Position numbers and translations under genes: made by a program. This document shows, piece by piece, positions 53,242 through 64,000 of a DNA stretch of 64,000 nucleotides. How positions within the stretch are numbered: position 1 is the stretch's first letter; each line of letters begins with the position of its first letter. The stretch comes from the human T2T-CHM13v2.0 reference genome, Homo sapiens. The notes under the pieces were generated by a model. That model did not search any database, was not told where the DNA came from, and worked only from the letters and a program-made list of their open reading frames with translations. The stretch lies in the NCBI RefSeq assembly GCF_009914755.1, contig NC_060948.1, one strand, 5' to 3'.

Positions 53242-56200
53242 ATGGAATCAAATCAATGGAATCAAATCAAATGGAATGGAAAGGAATTGAATGCAGTAGA
53301 TTGGATTGGATGGGATTGGAATGAAATGTACTGGAAAGGACTCGAATTTCATGAAACGGAATGGAATGAATTGGAACGGAATGGACTCGAATGGAATGGA
53401 ATGTCATGGAATGGCATCAAATGGAATGGCATCAAATGGAATGGAATCGAATGCAATGGAATGCTATTTAATGGAATGGAATGCATTGGAATGGAATGTC
53501 CTCTAATGGAATGGATTCGAGTGGAATGGAATCGAATATAATGGAGTCGAATGAAATGGAATTGAAAGGAATGGGACCGAATACAATGGAATATACTGCA
53601 ATGTAATGTAATGAACTGGAATGTAATTGACTGGAATGGAATGTACATGAATGGAATGTAATCGAATGGAAAGTAATCCAATGGAATAGAATCTAATGCA
53701 ATAAAATCGACTCAGATAGAGTAGAATGTAATGGAATGGAGTGCAGTGCAATGGAATGGAATGAAATGGAATGCAATGGAATGGAATGGAATGCAATGGA
53801 ATGGAATGGAATGGAATGGAATGGGATGGAATGCTATGGAATGTATAGTAATGGACTGGAGTGAAATGGACTGGAAAGGAATGGACTCAAATTGAAAGGG
53901 CTCGAAAGGAATGGAGTCAAATGGAATGGTCTGGAATGGAATGAACACGAATGTAATGCAATCCAATAGAATGGAATCGAATGGCATGGAATATAAAGAA
54001 ATGGAATCGAAGAGAATGGAAACAAATGGAATGGAATTGAATGGAATGGGAACGAATGGAGTGAAATTGTATGCAGTAGAAGGGAATAGAATGGAATGCA
54101 AGCGAAAGGAAAGGAATGGATTGGAATGGAATGGAATTCATTGGAATGGAAGGGAATGTAGTGTAATGGACAGGCCTGGAATAAAGTGGAATGCTACGGT
54201 CTCGAATGGAATAAAAATGTATGGAATGGAATGCAATGAAACGGAATCGAATGTCATAGAATGTAATGGAATGCAAAAAAATGGAATCCAAAATCATTGA
54301 CTGGAAAGGCTGGGTGTCGAAAGGAATTGACTCCAATGGAATGGAATCGAATGGAATGGAAGTGAATAGAATCGAACTAAATCGAATGGAATGGAATTGA
54401 TAGGAACGGAATGGAAAGGAATGCAATGATTTGGCATGGAATGGAATCGAATGGCATCGAATGGAATGGAATGGAATGCAATGGAATGGAATGTATTAGA
54501 ATGTAATGAACTTTAATGGAATGTACTCGAATGGATTCGACTGGAATGGAATGTTCTGGAAGTGAATGGACTCCAATGGAATGGATTCAAAAGGAATGGA
54601 ATCGTACGGAATCGAAACTAATGGAATGGAATTAAATGGAAATGAATCAAATTGAATAGCACGGAATTGAATTCAATGGAATCGAATGCAATGGAATCTA
54701 ATGAAACGGAAAGGAAAGGAATGGAATGGAATGGAATGGGCTGGAATGGAAAGGAATCGAAACGAATGGAATGGAATCGAACTGAAGAGACTGGAATGGA
54801 ATGCACTGGAATGGAAGGGAGTGTAATGGAAGGTTCTCGAAAAAAATGGAATCGAATGGAATGCAATTGAATGGAACGGAATAGAGTCGAATGGAATTGA
54901 ATGGAATGGAATGGACTAGAGTGAAATGGAATCGAACCACAAGGAATGGACAGGAATAGAATGGTCTCGAATTGAATGGAATCGTATGGAATGGCATCAA
55001 ACGGAATGGAATGGACAGCCACGGAATGGAATGCACTCGAATGCAATGGAGTCGAAACTAATGGACTGGAATAGAATGGACTCGACTGGTACGGACTCCA
55101 ATGGAATGGAATCGAATGGAAGGGAATCGATCGGAATGGACTCGAAGGGAAAAGACTGCAATGGAAAGGTCTCGAATGGAATGGAAATTAATGGAATGGA
55201 ATGGAATCGAATGAAATGGAGTCAAAAGGAATGCAATCGAATGGCAAGAAATCGAATGTAATGGAATCGCAAGGAATTGATGTGAACGGAACGGAATGGA
55301 ATGGAATCCAAAGGAATGGAATAGAATGGAATGGAATCGAATGGAAAGGACTCAAATGGAAATCACTCGAATAGAATGCAATTTAATAAAATAGGATCAA
55401 ATGTAATGGAATGGAATGGAAAGGAATCGAAACGAAAGGAATGGAGACAGATGGAATGGAATGGAACAGAGAGCAATGGTATAGAATGGAATGGAATCAT
55501 CTGGAATGGAATTGAATGGAATGGAATAATATGAAATGGAATGGAATAGAATGGAATGGAATGCCCTTGAATTAAATGGACTGGAATGGAATGGACTCGA
55601 ACAGAGTGGAATGGAAAGTGTTGAAATAGAATGGAATGGACTCCTTTGGAATGGTCTAGTATGCAATGCAATCGACTGGCAGGGAATCAAAAGGAATGTA
55701 ATGGAATGGATTGGACTGGAATGCAATGGACTCGAATAGATTGGAAACGGAATACAAAGGAATGGAATGGAATAGTATGGAATGGAATGGAAAGGAATGG
55801 AGTGGAATAGACTAGAGTGGAATGGAATGGACTGGAAAGCAATGGACTGGAATGGAACTTTCTTGAATAGACTGGAATCAAACGGAATGGAATGCAATGC
55901 AATCAAATGGCATGGAATAAAATAGAATGAAAGAGAATCAAATGGAATTGAATCGAATGGAATCGAATGGATTGGAAAGGAATAGAATGGAATGGAATGG
56001 AATTGACTCAAATGGAATGGACTAGAATGGAATGGATTCGAATGGAAGGCAAAGGAATGGAATCTATTGGAATGGACTGTAATGGAATGGAATGGAAGGG
56101 ATTGGAATGGACTCGAATGGAATGGACTGCAATAGAAAGGATTCGAATGGAATGAAAAAGAATTGAATGGAATAGAACAGAATGGAATCAAATCGAATGA

Positions 56201-56795
56201 AATGGAATGGAATAGAAAGGAATGGAATGAAATGGAATGGAAAGGATTCGAATGGAATGCAATCGAATGGAATGGAATCGAACGGAATGGAATAAAATGG
56301 AAGAAAACTGGCAAGAAATGGAATCGAAATGAATGGAGTGTTATGGAACGGACTCAAAAGGAATTGAATGTAATAGAATGGAGTGGAGTGGACTCGAATA
56401 TAATGGACTGGAATGGAATGAAATCACATGGAATGGGAACGAATGGAATGGAATGGAAAGGAATGGAATCGAATGGAAAGGAATCGAATGGAAGGGAATG
56501 AAATTGAATCAACAGGAATGGAAGGGAATAGAATAGACGGTAATGGAATGGACTCGAATAGAATGGACACGAATGCTCAAATTGAATGGACTCGAATGGA
56601 ATGGAAACGAAAGGAATGTCATCGAATGGAATTGAATCGATTGGAATGAAATCGCATAGAATGGAGTGGAATCAAATGGAATTGAATCGAAAGGAAAGGA
56701 AGCGAATGGACTGAAATGAAATGGAATGGAATTGAATGGAAAGTAATGCAATGGAATAGAATGGAACGAAATTTCACGGAATGGAATCAAACTGA
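53242..56795 (+). repeat. DYZ1 unit 16 (3554 bp; subfamily D)
   Basis: Private variants ATGCAGTAGA, GCTATTTAAT and ATCGAAACTA, all shared with unit 18. Confidence 0.9.
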
Positions 56796-59700
56796 ATGGA
56801 ATCAAGTCAATGGAATCAAATCAAATGGAATGGAAAGGAATTGAATGGAGTAGATTGGATTGGATGGGATTGGAATGAAATGTACTGGAAAGGACTCGAA
56901 TTTCATGAAACGGAATGGAATGAATTGGAACGGAATGGACTCGAATGGAATGGAATGTCATGGAATGGCATCAAATGGAATGGCATCAAATGGAATGGAA
57001 TCGAATGCAATGGAATGCTATGGAATGGAATGGAATGCATTGGAATGGAATGTCCTCTAATGGAATGGATTCGAGTGGAATGGAATCGAATATAATGGAG
57101 TCGAATGAAATGGAATTGAAAGGAATGGGATCGAATAGAATGGAATATACTGGAATGTAATGTAATGAACTCGAATGTAATTGACTGGAATGGAATGTAC
57201 ATGAATGGAATGTAATCGAATGGAAAGTAATCCAATGGAATAGAATCTAATGCAATAAAATCGACTCAGATAGAGTAGAATGTAATGGAATGGAGTGCAG
57301 TGCAATGGAATGGAATGGAATGGAATGGAATGGAATGGAATGGAATGGAATGCAATGGAATGGAATGGAATGGAATGGGATGGAATGGTATGGAATGGAT
57401 AGTAATGGACTGGAGTGAAATGGACTGGAAAGGAATGGACTCAAATTGAAAGGGCTCGAAAGGAATGGAGTCAAATGGAATGGTCTGGAATGGAATGAAC
57501 ACGAATGTAATGCAATCCAATAGAATGGAATCGAATGGCATGGAATATAAAGAAATGGAATCGAAGAGAATGGAAACAAATGGAATGGAATTGAATGGAA
57601 TGGAATTGAATGGAATGGGAACGAATGGAGTGAAATTGTATGCACTAGAAGAGAATAGAATGGAATGCAAGCGAAAGGAAAGGAATGGATTGGAATGGAA
57701 TGGAATTCATTGGAATGGAAGGGAATGTAGTGTAATGGACAGGCCTGGAATAAAGTGGAATGCTACGGTCTCGAATGGAATAAAAATGTATGGAATGGAA
57801 TGCAATGAAACGGAATCGAATGTCATAGAATGTAATGGAATGCAAAAAAATGGAATCCAAAATCATTGACTGGAAAGGCTGGGTGTCGAAAGGAATTGAC
57901 TCCAATGGAATGGAATCGAATGGAATGGAAGTGAATAGAATCGAACTAAATCGAATGGAATGGAATTGATAGGAACGGAATGGAAAGGAATGCAATGATT
58001 TGGCATGGAATGGAATCGAATGGCATCGAATGGAATGGAATGGAATGCAATGGAATGGAATGTATTAGAATGTAATGAACTTTAATGGAATGTACTCGAA
58101 TGGATTCGACTGGAATGGAATGTTGTGGAAGTGAATGGACTCCAATGGAATGGATTCAAAAGGAATGGAATCGTACGGAATGGAATCTAATGGAATGGAA
58201 TTAAATGGAAATGAATCAAATTGAATAGCACGGAATTGAATTGAATGGAATGGAATGCAATGGAATCTAATGAAACGGAAAGGAAAGGAATGGAATGGAA
58301 TGGAATGGGCTGGAATGGAAAGGAATCGAAACGAATGGAATGGAATCGAACTGAAGAGACTGGAATGGAATGCACTGGAATGGAAGGGAGTGTAATGGAA
58401 GGTTCTCGAAAAAAATGGAATCGAATGGAATGGAATTGAATGGAACGGAATAGAGTCGAATGGAATTGAATGGAATGGAATGGACTAGAGTGAAATGGAA
58501 TCGAACCACAAGGAATGGACAGGAATAGAATGGTCTCGAATTGAATGGAATCGTATGGAATGGCATCAAACGGAATGGAATGGACAGCCACGGAATGGAA
58601 TGCACTCGAATGCAATGGAGTCGAAACTAATGGACTGGAATAGAATGGACTCGACTGGTACGGACTCCAATGGAATGGAATCGAATGGAAGGGAATCGAA
58701 CGGAATGGACTCGAAGGGAAAAGACTGCAATGGAAAGGTCTCGAATGGAATGGAAATTAATGGAATGGAATGGAATCGAATGAAATGGAGTCAAAAGGAA
58801 TGGAATCGAATGGCAAGAAATCGAATGTAATGGAATCGCAAGGAATTGATGTGAACGGAACGGAATGGAATGGAATCCAAAGGAATGGAATAGAATGGAA
58901 TGGAATCGAATGGAAAGGACTCGAATGGAAATCACTCGAATAGAATGCAATTTAATAAAATAGGATCAAATGTAATGGAATGGAATGGAAAGGAATCGAA
59001 ACGAAAGGAATGGAGACAGATGGAATGGAATGGAACAGAGAGCAATGGTATAGAATGGAATGGAATCATCTGGAATGGAATTGAATGGAATGGAATAATA
59101 TGAAATGGAATGGAATGGAATGGAATGGAATGGAATGGAATGCCCTTGAATTAAATGGACTGGAATGGAATGGACTCGAACAGAGTGGAATGGAAAGTGT
59201 TGAGATAGAATTGAATGGACTCCTTTGGAATGGAGTAGTATGCAATGCAATCGACTGGCAGGGAATCAAAAGGAATGTAATCGAATGGATTGGACTGGAA
59301 TGCAATGGACTCGAATAGATTGGAAACGGAATGCAAAGGAATGGAATGGAATAGTATGGAATGGAATGGAAAGGAATGGAGTGGAATAGACTAGAGTGGA
59401 ATGGAATGGACTGGAAAGCAATGGACTGGAATGGAACTTTCTTGAATGGACTGGAATCAAACGGAATGGAATGCAATGCAATCAAATGGCATGGAATAAA
59501 ATAGAATGAAAGAGAATCAAATGGAATTGAATCGAATGGAATCGAATGGATTGGAAAGGAATAGAATGGAATGGAATGGAATTGACTCAAATGGAATGGA
59601 CTAGAATGGAATGGATTCGAATGGAAGGCAAAGGAATGGAATCTATTGGAATGGACTGTAATGGAATGGAATGGAAAGGATTGGAATGGACTCGAATGGA

Positions 59701-60374
59701 ATGGACTGCAATAGAAAGGATTCGAATGGAATGAAAAAGAATTGAATGGAATAGAACAGAATGGAATCAAATCGAATGAAATGGAATGGAATAGAAAGGA
59801 ATGGAATGAAATGGAATGGAAAGGATTCGAATGGAATGCAATCGAATGGAATGGAATCGAACGGAATGGAATAAAATGGAAGAAAACTGGCAAGAAATGG
59901 AATCGAAATGAATGGAGTGTTATGGAACGGACTCAAAAGGAATTGAATGTAATAGAATGGAGTGGAGTGGACTCGAATATAATGGACTGGAATGGAATGA
60001 AATCACATGGAATGGGAACGAATGGAATGGAATGGAAAGGAATGGAATCGAATGGAAAGGAATCGAATGGAAGGGAATGAAATTGAATCAACAGGAATGG
60101 AAGGGAATAGAATAGACGGTAATGGAATGGACTCGAATAGAATGGACACGAATGCTCAAATTGAATGGACTCGAATGGAATGGAAACGAAAGGAATGTCA
60201 TCGAATGGAATTGAATCGATTGGAATGAAATCGCATAGAATGGAGTGGAATCAAATGGAATTGAATCGAAAGGAAAGGAAGCGAATGGACTGAAATGAAA
60301 TGGAATGGAATTGAATGGAAAGTCATGCAATGGAATAGAATGGAACGAAATTTCACGGAATGGAATCAAACTGA
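56796..60374 (+). repeat. DYZ1 unit 17 (3579 bp; longest)
   Basis: Expanded pure GGAAT tracts at ~57307-57351 and ~59107-59141. Confidence 0.9.
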
Positions 60375-63300
60375 ATGGAATCAAATCAATGGAATCAAAT
60401 CAAATGGAATGGAAAGGAATTGAATGCAGTAGATTGGATTGGATGGGATTGGAATGAAATGTACTGGAAAGGACTCGAATTTCATGAAACGGAATGGAAT
60501 GAATTGGAACGGAATGGACTCGAATGGAATGGAATGTCATGGAATGGCATCAAATGGAATGGCATCAAATGGAATGGAATCGAATGCAATGGAATGCTAT
60601 TTAATGGAATGGAATGCATTGGAATGGAATGTCCTCTAATGGAATGGATTCGAGTGGAATGGAATCGAATATAATGGAGTCGAATGAAATGGAATTGAAA
60701 GGAATGGGACCGAATACAATGGAATATACTGCAATGTAATGTAATGAACTGGAATGTAATTGACTGGAATGGAATGTACATGAATGGAATGTAATCGAAT
60801 GGAAAGTAATCCAATGGAATAGAATCTAATGCAATAAAATCGACTCAGATAGAGTAGAATGTAATGGAATGGAGTGCAGTGCAATGGAATGGAATGAAAT
60901 GGAATGCAATGGAATGGAATGGAATGCAATGGAATGGAATGGAATGGAATGGAATGGGATGGAATGCTATGGAATGTATAGTAATGGACTGGAGTGAAAT
61001 GGACTGGAAAGGAATGGACTCAAATTGAAAGGGCTCGAAAGGAATGGAGTCAAATGGAATGGTCTGGAATGGAATGAACACGAATGTAATGCAATCCAAT
61101 AGAATGGAATCGAATGGCATGGAATATAAAGAAATGGAATCGAAGAGAATGGAAACAAATGGAATGGAATTGAATGGAATGGGAACGAATGGAGTGAAAT
61201 TGTATGCAGTAGAAGGGAATAGAATGGAATGCAAGCGAAAGGAAAGGAATGGATTGGAATGGAATGGAATTCATTGGAATGGAAGGGAATGTAGTGTAAT
61301 GGACAGGCCTGGAATAAAGTGGAATGCTACGGTCTCGAATGGAATAAAAATGTATGGAATGGAATGCAATGAAACGGAATCGAATGTCATAGAATGTAAT
61401 GGAATGCAAAAAAATGGAATCCAAAATCATTGACTGGAAAGGCTGGGTGTCGAAAGGAATTGACTCCAATGGAATGGAATCGAATGGAATGGAAGTGAAT
61501 AGAATCGAACTAAATCGAATGGAATGGAATTGATAGGAATGGAATGGAAAGGAATGCAATGATTTGGCATGGAATGGAATCGAATGGCATCGAATGGAAT
61601 GGAATGGAATGCAATGGAATGGAATGTATTAGAATGTAATGAACTTTAATGGAATGTACTCGAATGGATTCGACTGGAATGGAATGTTCTGGAAGTGAAT
61701 GGACTCCAATGGAATGGATTCAAAAGGAATGGAATCGTACGGAATCGAAACTAATGGAATGGAATTAAATGGAAATGAATCAAATTGAATAGCACGGAAT
61801 TGAATTCAATGGAATCGAATGCAATGGAATCTAATGAAACGGAAAGGAAAGGAATGGAATGGAATGGAATGGGCTGGAATGGAAAGGAATCGAAACGAAT
61901 GGAATGGAATCGAACTGAAGAGACTGGAATGGAATGCACTGGAATGGAAGGGAGTGTAATGGAAGGTTCTCGAAAAAAATGGAATCGAATGGAATGCAAT
62001 TGAATGGAACGGAATAGAGTCGAATGGAATTGAATGGAATGGAATGGACTAGAGTGAAATGGAATCGAACCACAAGGAATGGACAGGAATAGAATGGTCT
62101 CGAATTGAATGGAATCGTATGGAATGGCATCAAACGGAATGGAATGGACAGCCACGGAATGGAATGCACTCGAATGCAATGGAGTCGAAACTAATGGACT
62201 GGAATAGAATGGACTCGACTGGTACGGACTCCAATGGAATGGAATCGAATGGAAGGGAATCGATCGGAATGGACTCGAAGGGAAAAGACTGCAATGGAAA
62301 GGTCTCGAATGGAATGGAAATTAATGGAATGGAATGGAATCGAATGAAATGGAGTCAAAAGGAATGCAATCGAATGGCAAGAAATCGAATGTAATGGAAT
62401 CGCAAGGAATTGATGTGAACGGAACGGAATGGAATGGAATCCAAAGGAATGGAATAGAATGGAATGGAATCGAATGGAAAGGACTCAAATGGAAATCACT
62501 CGAATAGAATGCAATTTAATAAAATAGGATCAAATGTAATGGAATGGAATGGAAAGGAATCGAAACTAAAGGAATGGAGACAGATGGAATGGAATGGAAC
62601 AGAGAGCAATGGTATAGAATGGAATGGAATCATCTGGAATGGAATTGAATGGAATGGAATAATATGAAATGGAATGGAATGGAATGGAATGGAATGCCCT
62701 TGAATTAAATGGACTGGAATGGAATGGACTCGAACAGAGTGGAATGGAAAGTGTTGAGATAGAATCGAATGGACTCCTTCGGAATGGTCTAGTATGCAAT
62801 GCAATCGACTGGCAGGGAATCAAAAGGAATGTAATCGAATGGATTGGACTGGAATGCAATGGACTCGAATAGATTGGAAACGGAATGCAAAGGAATGGAA
62901 TGGAATAGTATGGAATGGAATGGAAAGGAATGGAGTGGAATAGATTAGAGTGGAATGGAATGGACTGGAAAGCAATGGACTGGAATGGAACTTTCTTGAA
63001 TGGACTGGAATCAAACGGAATGGAATGCAATGCAATCAAATGGCATGGAATAAAATAGAATGAAAGAGAATCAAATGGAATTGAATCGAATGGAATCGAA
63101 TGGATTGGAAAGGAATAGAATGGAATGGAATGGAATTGACTCAAATGGAATGGACTAGAATGGAATGGATTCGAATGGAAGGCAAAGGAATGGAATCTAT
63201 TGGAAGGGACTGTAATGGAATGGAATGGAAGGGATTGGAATGGACTCGAATGGAATGGACTGCAATAAAAAGGATTCGAATGGAATGAAAAAGAATTGAA

Positions 63301-63928
63301 TGGAATAGAACAGAATGGAATCAAATCGAATGAAATGGAATGGAATAGAAAGGAATGGAATGAAATGGAATGGAAAGGATTCGAATGGAATGCAATCGAA
63401 TGGAATGGAATCGAACGGAATGGAATAAAATGGAAGAAAACTGGCAAGAAATGGAATCGAAATGAATGGAGTGTTATGGAACGGACTCAAAAGGAATTGA
63501 ATGTAATAGAATGGAGTGGAGTGGACTCGAATATAATGGACTGGAATGGAATGAAATCACATGGAATGGGAACGAATGGAATGGAATGGAAAGGAATGGA
63601 ATCGAATGGAAAGGAATCGAATGGAAGGGAATGAAATTGAATCAACAGGAATGGAAGGGAATAGAATAGACGATAATGGAATGGACTCGAATAGAATGGA
63701 CACGAATGCTCAAATTGAATGGACTCGAATGGAATGGAAACGAAAGGAATGTCATCGAATGGAATTGAATCGATTGGAATGAAATCGCATAGAATGGAGT
63801 GGAATCAAATGGAATTGAATCGAAAGGAAAGGAAGCGAATGGACTGAAATGAAATGGAATGGAATTGAATGGAAATTCATGCAATGGAATAGAATGGAAC
63901 GAAATTTCACGGAATGGAATCAAACTGA
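60375..63928 (+). repeat. DYZ1 unit 18 (3554 bp; subfamily D)
   Basis: The 5' ~2.1 kb is essentially identical to unit 16 at +7133. The next anchor is at 63929. Confidence 0.9.
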
Positions 63929-64000
63929 ATGGAATCAAATCAATGGAATATAATCAAATGGAATGGAAAGGAATTGAATGGAGTAGATTGGATTGGATGG

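Larger units (their letters stand above)
1..64000 (+). repeat. DYZ1: Human Satellite 3 (HSat3) array, DYZ1 ~3.56-kb repeat family (Yq12 heterochromatin); GGAAT-rich strand on +
   Basis: The entire window consists of diverged GGAAT pentamers (ggaat, cgaat, tgaat, ggact, caaat). A landmark GGCC lies at 1057, 4570, 8107, 11661, 15229, 18762, 22280, 25814, 29349, 32883, 36447, 39976, 43519, 47067, 50619, 54173, 57742 and 61306, giving spacings of 3513-3569 (mean ~3544; two are exactly 3564). The minus strand at the landmark reads CCTGTCCATTACACTACATTCCCTTCCATTCCAATGAATTCC, which I recall as the start of the reference DYZ1 unit. Confidence 0.96.

Noticed and set aside
131-63938. Hundreds of 60-318 aa ORFs on both strands (MEWNG-rich and FHSIP-rich)
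   Set aside because: Pure (GGAAT)n has no stop codon in any frame and translates to the 5-aa cycles MEWNG and FHSIP. The ORFs overlap in all frames, recur with the DNA unit, gain or lose stops and frameshifts freely between copies, and show no recognisable domain.
1-64000. CRISPR array or other prokaryotic repeat-based system
   Set aside because: There is no constant-repeat/unique-spacer structure and no cas-like or other real genes. The periodicities are 5 bp and ~3.55 kb.
1-64000. HSat2 or an autosomal HSat3 array (e.g. 9q12)
   Set aside because: The CATTCGATTC/GATGAT-dominated HSat2 pattern is absent. The ~3.56-kb unit with its EcoRI-HaeIII landmark matches DYZ1.
1-64000. DYZ2/HSat1B blocks, Alu or L1 insertions, or an inversion junction
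   Set aside because: I saw no long AT-rich or Alu-like stretch and no switch to CATTC on the + strand. Unit spacing never departs from 3.51-3.58 kb, which leaves no room for an insertion.
1-64000. CpG island suggested by frequent TCGA/CG
   Set aside because: The C content of the + strand is low, and the CpGs are dispersed CGAAT pentamer variants. CAAAT/TGAAT counterparts are consistent with ordinary methyl-CpG decay in satellite DNA.

Overview
The whole 64 kb is one uninterrupted, single-orientation human Satellite 3 array, with (GGAAT)n on the + strand and (CATTC)n on the - strand. It is built from about 18 head-to-tail copies of a ~3.51-3.58 kb unit that I identify as DYZ1, the Yq12 heterochromatin repeat. 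Each unit carries the landmark GAATTC(EcoRI)...GGACAGGCCTGGAATAAAGTGG(HaeIII/StuI), and two HaeIII-to-HaeIII intervals equal the classical 3564 bp. I found no genes, RNA genes, transposons, DYZ2/Alu blocks or inversions. All supplied ORFs (MEWNG-like and FHSIP-like) are read-throughs of the pentamer. The signal lies in the variant structure: (i) three perfect, in-phase HSF1-type heat-shock elements (nGAAnnTTCnnGAAn) per unit, 50 of 54 intact; (ii) unit subfamilies, recent tandem duplications, A-B-A copies at two-unit (~7.1 kb) offsets and chimeric units; (iii) a fixed pentamer-phase architecture that accounts for every unit length modulo 5. All counts and alignments were made by eye. I found no new coding system.
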